IMG/VR virus record: IMGVR_UViG_3300025864_000001
Span: 1 to 64,000 of that record
Reading direction: 5' to 3' (one strand)
DNA length: 64,000 nt
Source: a virus
The position numbers and the translations under genes are program-made. Below are positions 46,753 to 57,425 of this stretch, in pieces; position 1 is the first letter of the stretch, and every line of letters begins with the position of its first letter. Under the pieces are notes generated by a model. That model was not told where the DNA came from, did not search any database, and saw nothing but the letters and a program-made list of their open reading frames with translations.

Positions 46753-48765
46753 TTAGAAAGGCAGGTCGCTTAGTTCATCCTTGCCGTTATCGAATACTTC
46801 GTCTTTATCCTGTTTGGGATTGAGTTTTCCGTCAATGGGTTTTACTTCGGTTTTCTTCTTCTCGTCCTCCACGACAAAGAATCTTCCTCCCTTTGCAAAG
46901 TCCATGCGCATCTTAACCTTCCCCATCCTACCAATCTCCTCAAATCTTATCTTTTCAATATTCACAATAGTCGGTGCGTCTTTGTCAATGATTATCTTAT
47001 CATCATCAGTAGCATCATCGGGTATCTCATCTGCCGGACGTTTTCTATTAATATAGCGGTGAAGTATTATTCCAATATCCGGTTTTTCCTTCCATGCTGA
47101 ACTCCCTTTTATGTCATATAAGCAGGGCATCCGATAATTTATCCCTACCTTCTCAATCTTTGTCGGATGTGCTACAAGGATACAATGAACATCATAAACA
47201 TCGCAGAAATTTATAAGAAAATCCAATTGTTTGCTTATGAACGTGGTCTCAGTCTGGTTCTTTGGTTGCTCATGCTCGATCTTATTCCACGCATCAATGA
47301 CAAACCCAAAGATATTCTCAGTCTTTTTTAGATAGATAAGATACTGTAATAGTGACTCCATGCTATTCACATGATCTGAATCTACCTTTCCCATCCATGT
47401 CTCAAAACTAAGTTTATTTGGTGAGATGAAGAAGAAATGCTTCTGAATATAACGCATGGTCTTATTCCTCAATTCCTCTGACATTGAGTTTCGATAACCT
47501 CTCTTGAATGACTGACCTGTTATTACCTCTGCTATCTTTGCCTGTTCTCTTGATACTGGACGATTCTCAGGAGTGAATAGTGCCCATTTGATAGTCTCCT
47601 CGGTGTTATGCCGTACAAACTCAGACAGATACCACCGTACCCATACCGATTTCCCTGCGCTCGGTAGTCCCGTAACTACTGTAAACTGCTTTCTTTTGAG
47701 TGTAAACAACTCATCTATTGAGGGTACCCCTATTCCAAGACCTGGAGTGAACCCATCGGCTGCGATCAACTCCAATTCTTCCCTGACATCCTGCGGTCTT
47801 ACTATACCCTTTACCGGGAATGATGATAGATTCTGATAACACTCATCAACACCTGCTTTACCAAGTGCCGGAAGTAATACCTCAGTCTTATTATTGCCCT
47901 TAAATACGTCATTGATGTCCTTATAGCCTCCCGGATATTGGATGTACTTACACCTCTCTTTCCCAAAGATAAGGGCTAATTGGTTGCGTAATACATGTCC
48001 GGGCTTATCATTATCGGTGCTGAAGATGATGCTGTCAATGCCTATGTAACCCTTTTGTGGATCAGATGGAGCAAAGAAACTCTGCACGTATTTATCATTG
48101 GCATAATCAAACTCATGTTCAAACTCCTTTGCATTGGGATTCGGTGCTCCCATAGGCACGCTCACCACATTCTTATAACCACATTGTTTCCATGTCAGCC
48201 AGTCCCATTCACCTTCTGTTATAATGACCTCTTTCTTTTCATCCACATCAAAGGATAAGTTCTGCATACCAAGGAATATTGCCTTTGTGCCAAGGTCTCT
48301 TTTCATCTGCCACCACTTTGGACCATCCTGACCTGCCTTCCATCTCATATCAAAGTATTTTACATTGACAAGCGTCATGTTGATATAAAATGGAAATCCC
48401 ATTATTGGTTTTGAACCATTAGGGATTCGCATAGCGAACTCGTAAATCTTCTCTTTGAGTGCGGTCTTCTGATCTATGCCTCGCTTCTCCAAGTACTCCC
48501 TGACCTCTTTTGAATATGTCTCAGCGATTTGTTTTGGCATACGAGACTTTTCTGCAACCTTATCATACTTATCCATCAAATCAAGATTGCCTGAGTATCC
48601 ACAAGTCGGATGGTTACAATGGAACCACCTGTTATCCGGTTCATTATTAACAGTAAGACATGGGACGTTCTTATGCTTCTGACGGGTGTCATTACACTTC
48701 GGGCACGTGGTGCTATAACGCACCTTGCCACTCTTTACCTCAATATTTAGTTCCTCAAAGGTCAT
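46753..48765 (-). CDS. Bifunctional primase-helicase (T7 gp4/Twinkle-like)
   Basis: Zn finger CPKC..CNH..C, TOPRIM EGEWD/DND, KDIND, Walker A GLPSAGKS, VIDAWN, VAHP, GS..W. Confidence 0.92.
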   Translation of the reverse strand: MTFEELNIEVKSGKVRYSTTCPKCNDTRQKHKNVPCLTVNNEPDNRWFHCNHPTCGYSGNLDLMDKYDKVAEKSRMPKQIAETYSKEVREYLEKRGIDQKTALKEKIYEFAMRIPNGSKPIMGFPFYINMTLVNVKYFDMRWKAGQDGPKWWQMKRDLGTKAIFLGMQNLSFDVDEKKEVIITEGEWDWLTWKQCGYKNVVSVPMGAPNPNAKEFEHEFDYANDKYVQSFFAPSDPQKGYIGIDSIIFSTDNDKPGHVLRNQLALIFGKERCKYIQYPGGYKDINDVFKGNNKTEVLLPALGKAGVDECYQNLSSFPVKGIVRPQDVREELELIAADGFTPGLGIGVPSIDELFTLKRKQFTVVTGLPSAGKSVWVRWYLSEFVRHNTEETIKWALFTPENRPVSREQAKIAEVITGQSFKRGYRNSMSEELRNKTMRYIQKHFFFISPNKLSFETWMGKVDSDHVNSMESLLQYLIYLKKTENIFGFVIDAWNKIEHEQPKNQTETTFISKQLDFLINFCDVYDVHCILVAHPTKIEKVGINYRMPCLYDIKGSSAWKEKPDIGIILHRYINRKRPADEIPDDATDDDKIIIDKDAPTIVNIEKIRFEEIGRMGKVKMRMDFAKGGRFFVVEDEKKKTEVKPIDGKLNPKQDKDEVFDNGKDELSDLPF

Positions 48766-49100
48766 ACAGATTCTCTTTCAGCAAATGCACTTGCTATAAC
48801 ACAAGTATCTCCTGCGTATTTTGGGTCTTCCGCAAGAGCATCTAAACTTGAGATTACAAAAAAAGGATAATATTCATTTGAAATTACCATCCAGCATCCA
48901 TTCCCATTAGGAATAAGGAGTACGTCATTTTTTCTAACTTTTTCAGGATTACTAAAACTAACAACTGCCTCAAAAAAACATTTCTCTACTGGCAGGGGAA
49001 TACTGAATGTTTTGCAGATGAATTTTTGGAATCGGCTTATTCCTTTATATTTGGTGGTATTAGTTGTTGCCCAGCTTCTTATCTGAATAGTATCGTTCAT
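48762..49100 (-). CDS. Hypothetical protein
   Basis: ATGA overlaps. Confidence 0.55.
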   Translation of the reverse strand: MNDTIQIRSWATTNTTKYKGISRFQKFICKTFSIPLPVEKCFFEAVVSFSNPEKVRKNDVLLIPNGNGCWMVISNEYYPFFVISSLDALAEDPKYAGDTCVIASAFAERESV

Positions 49101-49423
49101 GCCTTCAGGTATTTTTCTGCTTTCTCATTTCTTACAATGAATTTGGGGCTATCCCCATTTATGTTTTGATAAGGATAGCAGTAATCCAACTCCGTGCCGT
49201 ACTTACCATCTATCATCAATGGACGAGTCTTGTTTGTGATAGTGGATATCGCTAATTGTGATAAATCAGCAAATTGGCTTACCGTAAACATGTTGTATCT
49301 TAACATGTGCTTCATGTGATCAATAGGAATACCTAACCTCTTAGACATTCCCTCAATGATAGTTGGGTCAGTTTTCGCAAACTTACATTCAACATCTTTT
49401 AATAATCCGTATTTCTCTTCCAT
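49097..49423 (-). CDS. Putative HTH regulator heading the replication operon
   Basis: FTVSQFADLSQLAISTI. Confidence 0.55.
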   Translation of the reverse strand: MEEKYGLLKDVECKFAKTDPTIIEGMSKRLGIPIDHMKHMLRYNMFTVSQFADLSQLAISTITNKTRPLMIDGKYGTELDYCYPYQNINGDSPKFIVRNEKAEKYLKA

Positions 49424-49445
49424 GGGGATAAATAAATTTATTTGT

Positions 49446-49501
49446 CAAAATTAATAAACATTTTCGTTTAAACAAATAAAATAAACAAATAGTTTTAAAC
49501 A
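49446..49501 (-). promoter_or_regulatory. Promoter (TAATTTTG) with four phased TAAACA boxes
   Basis: TAAACA at 49455, 49469, 49482, 49496. Confidence 0.55.
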
Positions 49502-49507
49502 ATGCCC

Positions 49508-49538
49508 AAAATAAAAGAGTCCCGTTGCTGAGACTCCC
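49508..49538 (-). terminator. Terminator after the giant virion protein gene
   Basis: GAGTC/GACTC stem plus TTTTATTTT on the minus strand. Confidence 0.65.
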
Positions 49539-49563
49539 ATTATACGCATAGATGATACGGTTT

Positions 49564-52500
49564 TTATTTTTTAGACCTGATTGATTCATTTGCTATGTCA
49601 CGAGCTGAACTTGCAGCATCGGCAGCCATCTCCTGTAATGTTGTGGTCTTTTCTGGCACTGGACGTGTCGTGGATTCGATGATGTTGGTTATGCTCTTTT
49701 TCGCCTCATCCATCTCCTCCTGTATGGTTAGTCCCATGGAATTAAGATTCCTTAGATACTCTGACCAATAGACATTTGAGTAGGTTTTTCTATCTTCTTC
49801 ACTCAGTTGTACACCCTGCCAGTATGAGGGTATTACAGGCTTATTTAACAGGTCATTCTTTTTGAGGATAGAATACTCGGCTGGGTACTTCTTCTGCAGG
49901 TCAACGTCATTGAGAACATTAAATCTCTGGTTTTTTCCCGACTCGAGATGTTGAAAGTTTGTGCCAATAGATTCATCTTTCGGGTACCAACCTGCATATA
50001 CCTTAGTGAGCCTTTCGAGTTCCTGCATTACCGGCACCTGCTCATCCATGGACTTCTGTAACTGTCCTGATCGCTTCTTATCTGCCACGGTGTATGCACG
50101 TGCCAGTGCCTCTGCGGATAACCCTTTTTCTTCAGCATTTTTTATTGTTTTGAGAAAATCGGAATTTGCATCTCCCATTCTCTGAGCAAGTGCGGTGTAT
50201 CTGTTTGTCAGATAATCAATATTTCGTTCCACATATACCTTTAATTCGGGTTTATCGAACTCTTGAATCTTTATAACATTATTAAGTATAGTCTGTTTCC
50301 AATCTCTTTTCCTTCCATAATAGTCCAGATTGCCACGGATGCCATCATACATGTCCTGTGCGCCTTTAAAGAATGGCACCTGACTTCTGGCAATGTATGT
50401 CATAACATTTAATATCCTTTCATCTGTGGTGATATTGGCATTATGATAGGCAGATGCGTTGGGGTTCTGAATCGAGATGCCACGATAATCCCTGTCAAAC
50501 GCTACCGATCCTATCCATCCCCATGTAGCATCAGCAAAAGCCGGAAGGTTAGAAGTCTCCCCTAATATTGGTCTGTTGACTTTTGATAATTGAATTGGAA
50601 GGAACTTACTTACCTCTGATAACTGCGTGCCTGCATCTGCATAGTTGTAGTTATATAATGGAGACAAATATCTTGCAACATTCACCTCTGATTTACCTAC
50701 TTTAAAACTCAATGGGATATTGACAAGCGGTATCTTAGCCACTCCTTTCCTGCCCTCTCTGACCTTTCTTTCTTCTTCTGTCTCACCGGATAAGGTACTT
50801 GCAAGTATCCCTCCCATTTTGATAAGCATAAGAGTGCCTATCAATGTTAGGGGTGTTGTGGTAATGTTATTCACAAGTATCCTTTGCAAGTCTGCCTGGA
50901 ACTTTGCAAATGTCGGACCAATCAATGGTATTTTTGATGTAAAGTCCCATGTCTTGCCTACCGTAGAGTAGTTCTGAAACGCATCATAAGCCCTTCTGAC
51001 AGACGCATCATGGCTCATGCCCTGCTCTCTGAAAACCAAGTATGCGGAAATCTTAGCGATATTATCTGCACCTACATACGCTTTTGTAGCGAGTTCATCG
51101 GCTTTGCTTAACTTGCCTCCCTCTTTGCTTTTAATGATTGCAAGTGGCTTCATTTCTCCGGTGAAAGCTACATCGCCTATCAGTCCGGTTTTTAATAATG
51201 CCTTATATACTTCGGGACTCTTGTGATATAATTTTATTGCTTCAGGAAACTTACCTAAGAATGATACTGGATTAATGCCATTAGCCGATGCAAAGAATAT
51301 ATTTCCTGTGACGTTCCCAAGTTGTACCATGGGATTATAGACAGTCCTTAGTTTCTTGTAAAACTGATTTACATTCGATCTGTCAACCTTCTTAAAAGCA
51401 TTGTAAAGGTCATTAGCAACTGCATTGGAGTAATAAAACCCTGTGAAGTCCTCAACGACATGGTTTATCACTGCCTTGTTTCGGAACGGGCCCCAACTGT
51501 ATGAACTTCCAAGCTTGGTGTATCCCTTTGGCACTGCTTCACCCTTCTTAAGCGATAACACGAAGTCGGGATGTTCCTGTATCACTAAGTCCATATAACC
51601 CTTTATAGCCACATTCTGTATCGTCTGCATGACTCTTTTTGCAGTAAGATAAGTCGGGTCACGTATGGCATGTTCCTTTTTCCATTCCGTACTTTCCTCA
51701 CGTGCCTTAAACATATCGGTCATCATCTTTGTAGTGATGGCACTATTTCCCCTGTTAATAAACTCCTGTATGGCAGGGTCAAGTAATGTCTCCCCTTCAT
51801 ATTTATCGTACATGCGGGCAATGTATTTTGAGTCACCCGTCACATCTTTGTTTTTCAGATATGTCTCGGTGTCAAGGAACCCATTGGCATAGTTTGTCTC
51901 ATGTACCCATGTATTCCAGTCCCTCATCTTAAAATATAGATTCTTTTCAGCAAGTGACAAGTCACCATAACTCAGTTTCTCTATTGCAAACTCAGGATCA
52001 GGGTCAAGCACATCAAGCACCCTGCGTAATGATTCGGGATCTGAATGAACTATATCCAACCATTTCCCTCTTAGTTCTTTCGCTTCATAAGGTGCAAATG
52101 ACTTAACTGTACCTGTGAATGCAAGTTTCCCTGGTTTCCCTCCTTTGCCATGTATGTCAGCCTGTGTACGTCCCAATCCACCCCAGAAGTTAGTAATGGC
52201 TTTGCTTGGCCATCTCAATAAGTCCATTTGACTTTTCATGCCTGCCTGTAATACATTGGCAATACGATTATTTAAAGCATCTCTGACCTTTACCAACTGT
52301 TTGTAGAGTACGGTGTTCATCAGTGGAATAGGATCGGGTGGCAGAAACCTTATTGCTACTTTACCATTACCTCCTTTTTTCTTACCGAATGTCTTTAGCA
52401 TCTCGTCCTCGGCATCCTTGGTGTGGTTGCCCATCTTCTTATCCATGTTGGTGGAGTTATTGGTAGCCTGTTTGCGCAAATCATCCTCAAACTTGCCTAC

Positions 52501-55500
52501 ATCTTCACGTAACTGTTTGGATTCCTCAAAAGTGATATCCCCCTTATCAAGAGCATCTAATACCTGATCTACTTCGGTGTATGTCTTGTCTTTGAACTTA
52601 ATTCCTTGTGTTGGCGATGTTTCTATCTTAGGTGCTTTTAATCCTGCACTTTCGAGAACTGCATCTGCATCCGCTTGTGTTATTCTACCTTCTTCTACGA
52701 ATTTCTTTAGATAGCCTCTGTCAAGTTCTCTCTGGTACTGAACCCTTAAATTTTCCTTGGTTGCTTCCGTAACTTGCTTCTCCCCAAATCTCTCTTTCAA
52801 CCTTTCGTTAAAAGTAAGCATAGACTCTTCTTTGGGATTGCCTAATAAATCTTTTGATATATCTTGTACTATTTCCGGTTTTGTGTTAAAATAACTATTA
52901 CCGAGTTCTTCATATCCAAGTTCCTTCTCAATCTGAAGTATTTTATCTTTCGTTTTCTGATTCGGACTCTTTTCGTATGATTCAAGTAGTCTTTGGTAAT
53001 GATCAACCTTTGCGCCTCTGGATTGTAGTTCTGCAATTTTCCCCCCAACTCCTGCAATCAGTTTACCTTGCGTTGTATTTTTGAGTTCTTCAATATTCGG
53101 CTTCACCTCTTTCGCATAATACATGTCCTTCAGAAGTTTCTCCGCACTCTTTTCAAGTTGTCCTCTGCCATCCATCAGTTTTGTCCCTGACATGTCAAGG
53201 AACTTATATGTGCCTTTTTTGGTGTTCATAACTACTTTCACCACGGGTTTACCGTCTTTGTTCTGCAACCAAAAACCTTCTGGATTCTTTACTGCACTCC
53301 ATCCGTATTTTGATACTGCATCATTGAGAGTGGTGCTTACTTTTTCTCCGGTGGCTGTGATAGGTTTTATTTGTGCTTCAATTCTTGATATTGCTTCTTT
53401 TAGGTCAGCGATATTTTGTTTCCGCAACTGATTCTCCCCTATGCCACCCTTTTCCCAATCTGCTCCCTTTTCTTCAATACTGAGATTTGTTTTTAATTTA
53501 TCTAATAGATCAGTTGGGTTTTCTCCCTGTTTCACCTTATCATTAAAACTATTTAGAGTGTTTACAACTATCTTTTCTATTGGGGTAATGGGTAATTCAG
53601 AACCTTTTTTATCAATAACAGACTTGGTGTATTGCGTCCATTCTTCGGGAGTGTATTCTGATTTATTTTTTAATATCCCATCTGTGCGTCTTGCAAATTT
53701 TATTTCTTCGGGTTTTGTGATAGGTTTTGCTTCACCTTCTGTAACAACTGGTTCCTTACCTGCCTCTGTGCCTCCTGAAACGATATTTTCTTCTCCTTTG
53801 CTAATTGGAGGATTTGCTGTGTCAATTGGTTTTTCATCTATGATGGGTTTTACTTCTTCTGGCTTTCCAGTTTCTTTTGGTCCATTTTCTCCCGCAGGAG
53901 TCTCAATTCTTCCAGATACGATGTCCCCTTTGCCTTTGCCTTCAATAACAGGAGGCTGTGCAACCCTTTCGCTAAATTCGATTTTTTCTCCATTGTTTGA
54001 TAGTATTTCGTTTAACTTTTTAATCTGTTCCGGTTTTAAATCAAATAACCAGTTATTGACAAAAAATTCAGGATCGGTTTTTATCTTATCCTTTATATAA
54101 TCCCAATCGAACTCGCCACTGCCTAACTCAGTCTGGAAGGCTTTTATGGCATCCTCTACGTCCTTGTCTCCCTCTGCTGCCTTTACGAGATCAGTAAATT
54201 CTCCGGTGCTTTTGACTATTTCCAGGTCATCATCCATGTCTCTCTTTGCTCTTTCTTCGGGACTGAGAACTTCTTTATCCTGCCAGTCAATCTCTTTATG
54301 ACGTTCCTTGAACTTCTGAATTATAGTCCCTTTATTTAGTTTGCCGTCAACTTTAAGTGCGTCAATAGCCTTGAGAATGTCATCTGGTGTTATCTCTCCA
54401 CCATTTTTTCTACCATATTCTTCTGCTAATCTCTCATGCAACACATCAAATGCCACACCCTTCTCTTTATTAAGGTAGAAACTCAACCCTCCACCTACAA
54501 TATCCTTATTACCATAGTTTGAATGCCTGAGAAAATCAGCCCTACTTAAAGTGCCTCCACTTAAAAGAAACTGAGCCATAGAATCCGTAAAATCACTCGG
54601 GGTTGCATTGACTATCTTTCCCGACTCACTATTTGGGGATATTTTAACAGTTCTTTTCGGCTTACTTGACTTCTCAAGTGCTGCCTGAGCTCTGTCTACT
54701 TCTGCCTGTTGTTTTTTAGTGAGTTTTTTAGGCTCAACAATAGGTTCTTCTGTCTTGGCTTTTGGCTTATCCGGTGCGGGTTCTATTGGCTTCTCTGGCT
54801 TATTGAACGACCACGTTTTATCAGGTAACTGTACTGCCTCCCCTGCCTCAACAAGTTTCTCCCATGCCTTTTGCATATCGGATGAGTTCTTACCTTCAAC
54901 ATCAGACATCAATACCTTTCCTTCTTTTAATGCCTCTTTATTCAAGAGTATCATTGCATCCCTTCCTGCTCCACGAGTATCTTTATCCGGTCTGGCTGCC
55001 TCAATCCATTTGATTCTCCATCCATCGGGGGTGTCCTCAATAGTGGCTTTTCCTACTTGTTCTTTGCCCTTTAAAATAGGTATATTGAATGAACTCTCGG
55101 ATTTGATCTTTAAGATGTTTTTTTCTGACTGAGTTACAATATCCCGTTCTCCGATTGATACTTTATCCGTACCCTTTTCTTTTGCTTTCTCTTTCGGTAT
55201 CATTGAATAGTAGTCACCAACCATCTTACTTTCTTCGGGTGTGCGTTCCTTAACTGGCTTATCAACGGCCATTAACAACTTATCAACATCAGTTCCCTTA
55301 GATTTTAAGTCAGAGATAATCTTAACCCTGTCAACATCCGGTTCTGCGGAACGTCTTTGCATCTTATTGTCTTCCAACTGCAAACCCATTTCAAGAGATG
55401 CCTGATCTGCCTCTTGCTTTGATGCGTACTTCCTCTTATCAACTAATACGCCCTCTTTGTTATAGATATCCACAAACTCCTCATTTGGGACGACTTTTTC

Positions 55501-57423
55501 AGCATTGATATTGACATCCTGTATCGCAACTCCTCTTGCTCCCCAGAGTAGTTTCTGCTTTAGTAATGCAGGCACTTTATCTGAATTTAAAATATCAGCA
55601 AGTACTTTATCATCTTTCGATGCGATATCCATTACTGATTTATAGTCTTTTCCTCCCATGGCATCAACCTCCCATGGTTCAATATCGACTTCAAATTGTC
55701 CCTGTCCGGGTTTCTTTGGGTCGTATTGCAATGACCGATATAGATTAGTCAGGGTTTCTTTAGGTTTTGTAACTGCCTCTGGAATATTCCCTGCTACATT
55801 TGATACTTTCAATAGTCCGAGTAATGCCACTGTTTCGAGAAACTCTTTGCCTGTGACTTCATTTGGCGCACGTCCGTCCAATAATGCGCCTCCATAGGTG
55901 AATAATGCACTCTCGGCAGTTAATCCTCCGGTTGCAACACCAACCTTAGTTCCTATTCTTGCTGCCGCATTTGGTATTGCAGATGCCTTAGATGCTATCG
56001 CTGCACTTCCAAGTCCTAATCCTCCGACACCAACTCCAAGAGCAAAGTTTTTTACCCCTTTTTTAAGTGACTGCCCCCATTTAATATCATCAAAGTTTGC
56101 ATCCGGTACTGCCCATTGATTTAATGCGTCTGATACTGAGGTATATGAACCAAGTGCTACACCTGATGATGTCATTCCTGCAATGCTCTGAGATACCTTT
56201 GTAGCTGCATTTAGAGTGAGCTTTTTTGCAAGGGTTTCCTCTATGCCTGCTTTCATAAGTTTCTCAACACCTTTAGCCATTACCCTATCCACAATAGGCT
56301 TTGCTGCAACCTTGCCTATCTCTGCACCTACCTTGCCCATGCCACCAAAGAAAGGCATATCAATCATAAACCCAAGTGCGGTGGCTGTGGCATCGGTAAG
56401 CGTCCCTGCATCATATTTAGCCAACCATTCGGGAGATGTAAGTTCGCTTCCCGTCATAATCTTATTCGCTAATCCTATAAGGGACTGACTGTATGCTTTC
56501 CCAAAGAGATACTGTGCTTTTGTAGGAGTCGTTATCGCCTCAGTCAGTTTTGTTCTTTCTTGCTGTAATTTCAGTTTCTCATCTTCTTCGGGGGTTGATG
56601 CAAATTTAAAATCTGTACCTGCACCGACATCCCCTGTCTGCATCTGTGCCTTCGGAAGTTCCTTTAACTTAGTATCAATCTCGCTTATTCTTTTTTCGGC
56701 TTCCGCCTTGTATTCCCTATCAGTTATTCTCTTTCCAGATACATAAGCAGCAACGGTCCCGCTTAATGTTTCAAGTTCGGGTCCTTTAAACTCTGGTGAT
56801 TTTAATGATAAATTAGGGGTGTCAAATTGATGCGTTTTTGGACGAGTTCTTAATGTACTTTCTTCATCAACATATAACTCATTGCCCATTTGTTCTTCGC
56901 CTTGCAATGTTTTTTCAAAAGTGGGATGATCAGGAGATTTTAATACTTTCCCATTTAAACCTATTGAACCAAAATGAAAATCAGGGTCTGATTTTAAATA
57001 ATCCCCCATTGAAGGTTTTAATGTTCCGCTTTGCTTTTCAGCCTCGTAAAATCCACGAAAATCATATAAATCATTCTCTGGTTCTCCTGCTGTCCATTTT
57101 TCAAAATTAACTTCATCTGATGGGCTTAATGTTGTTTTATTTAGTTTTGGACGTTGACTTACCTCTTTTGAAATATTGCCAAACATCTCTGAAAAAACTT
57201 CTTTGCTTGGCAGTCCATAGTCTGCCGGAGATTCTTTTTTTTTTACATAACCCTCATAGGTCTTGTAATCACCAAGGTCTAATTCGCTACCTGCCTGATC
57301 GAAAATAGCTTTACGAAACTTCTCATCAGTACCTATCTGCTTTTCAAAATCAGCCTGTGTTCCTAATTCAAGTTTAGAACTAAGTTGGTCATATAATGCC
57401 TTGGTGTATTTAGGATCTTCCAT
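49564..57423 (-). CDS. Giant internal virion/ejection protein (polyvalent type)
   Basis: 2619 aa, last structural gene; Gly/Ala-rich membrane-like segment, low-complexity linkers, GNAT-like segment. Confidence 0.7.
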   Translation of the reverse strand: MEDPKYTKALYDQLSSKLELGTQADFEKQIGTDEKFRKAIFDQAGSELDLGDYKTYEGYVKKKESPADYGLPSKEVFSEMFGNISKEVSQRPKLNKTTLSPSDEVNFEKWTAGEPENDLYDFRGFYEAEKQSGTLKPSMGDYLKSDPDFHFGSIGLNGKVLKSPDHPTFEKTLQGEEQMGNELYVDEESTLRTRPKTHQFDTPNLSLKSPEFKGPELETLSGTVAAYVSGKRITDREYKAEAEKRISEIDTKLKELPKAQMQTGDVGAGTDFKFASTPEEDEKLKLQQERTKLTEAITTPTKAQYLFGKAYSQSLIGLANKIMTGSELTSPEWLAKYDAGTLTDATATALGFMIDMPFFGGMGKVGAEIGKVAAKPIVDRVMAKGVEKLMKAGIEETLAKKLTLNAATKVSQSIAGMTSSGVALGSYTSVSDALNQWAVPDANFDDIKWGQSLKKGVKNFALGVGVGGLGLGSAAIASKASAIPNAAARIGTKVGVATGGLTAESALFTYGGALLDGRAPNEVTGKEFLETVALLGLLKVSNVAGNIPEAVTKPKETLTNLYRSLQYDPKKPGQGQFEVDIEPWEVDAMGGKDYKSVMDIASKDDKVLADILNSDKVPALLKQKLLWGARGVAIQDVNINAEKVVPNEEFVDIYNKEGVLVDKRKYASKQEADQASLEMGLQLEDNKMQRRSAEPDVDRVKIISDLKSKGTDVDKLLMAVDKPVKERTPEESKMVGDYYSMIPKEKAKEKGTDKVSIGERDIVTQSEKNILKIKSESSFNIPILKGKEQVGKATIEDTPDGWRIKWIEAARPDKDTRGAGRDAMILLNKEALKEGKVLMSDVEGKNSSDMQKAWEKLVEAGEAVQLPDKTWSFNKPEKPIEPAPDKPKAKTEEPIVEPKKLTKKQQAEVDRAQAALEKSSKPKRTVKISPNSESGKIVNATPSDFTDSMAQFLLSGGTLSRADFLRHSNYGNKDIVGGGLSFYLNKEKGVAFDVLHERLAEEYGRKNGGEITPDDILKAIDALKVDGKLNKGTIIQKFKERHKEIDWQDKEVLSPEERAKRDMDDDLEIVKSTGEFTDLVKAAEGDKDVEDAIKAFQTELGSGEFDWDYIKDKIKTDPEFFVNNWLFDLKPEQIKKLNEILSNNGEKIEFSERVAQPPVIEGKGKGDIVSGRIETPAGENGPKETGKPEEVKPIIDEKPIDTANPPISKGEENIVSGGTEAGKEPVVTEGEAKPITKPEEIKFARRTDGILKNKSEYTPEEWTQYTKSVIDKKGSELPITPIEKIVVNTLNSFNDKVKQGENPTDLLDKLKTNLSIEEKGADWEKGGIGENQLRKQNIADLKEAISRIEAQIKPITATGEKVSTTLNDAVSKYGWSAVKNPEGFWLQNKDGKPVVKVVMNTKKGTYKFLDMSGTKLMDGRGQLEKSAEKLLKDMYYAKEVKPNIEELKNTTQGKLIAGVGGKIAELQSRGAKVDHYQRLLESYEKSPNQKTKDKILQIEKELGYEELGNSYFNTKPEIVQDISKDLLGNPKEESMLTFNERLKERFGEKQVTEATKENLRVQYQRELDRGYLKKFVEEGRITQADADAVLESAGLKAPKIETSPTQGIKFKDKTYTEVDQVLDALDKGDITFEESKQLREDVGKFEDDLRKQATNNSTNMDKKMGNHTKDAEDEMLKTFGKKKGGNGKVAIRFLPPDPIPLMNTVLYKQLVKVRDALNNRIANVLQAGMKSQMDLLRWPSKAITNFWGGLGRTQADIHGKGGKPGKLAFTGTVKSFAPYEAKELRGKWLDIVHSDPESLRRVLDVLDPDPEFAIEKLSYGDLSLAEKNLYFKMRDWNTWVHETNYANGFLDTETYLKNKDVTGDSKYIARMYDKYEGETLLDPAIQEFINRGNSAITTKMMTDMFKAREESTEWKKEHAIRDPTYLTAKRVMQTIQNVAIKGYMDLVIQEHPDFVLSLKKGEAVPKGYTKLGSSYSWGPFRNKAVINHVVEDFTGFYYSNAVANDLYNAFKKVDRSNVNQFYKKLRTVYNPMVQLGNVTGNIFFASANGINPVSFLGKFPEAIKLYHKSPEVYKALLKTGLIGDVAFTGEMKPLAIIKSKEGGKLSKADELATKAYVGADNIAKISAYLVFREQGMSHDASVRRAYDAFQNYSTVGKTWDFTSKIPLIGPTFAKFQADLQRILVNNITTTPLTLIGTLMLIKMGGILASTLSGETEEERKVREGRKGVAKIPLVNIPLSFKVGKSEVNVARYLSPLYNYNYADAGTQLSEVSKFLPIQLSKVNRPILGETSNLPAFADATWGWIGSVAFDRDYRGISIQNPNASAYHNANITTDERILNVMTYIARSQVPFFKGAQDMYDGIRGNLDYYGRKRDWKQTILNNVIKIQEFDKPELKVYVERNIDYLTNRYTALAQRMGDANSDFLKTIKNAEEKGLSAEALARAYTVADKKRSGQLQKSMDEQVPVMQELERLTKVYAGWYPKDESIGTNFQHLESGKNQRFNVLNDVDLQKKYPAEYSILKKNDLLNKPVIPSYWQGVQLSEEDRKTYSNVYWSEYLRNLNSMGLTIQEEMDEAKKSITNIIESTTRPVPEKTTTLQEMAADAASSARDIANESIRSKK

Positions 57424-57425
57424 GA

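Noticed and set aside
49961-57308. Plus-strand ORFs up to 219 aa (and similar antisense ORFs elsewhere, e.g. 31-261)
   Set aside because: Antisense shadows of long minus-strand genes with Ser/Phe/Leu-biased composition.
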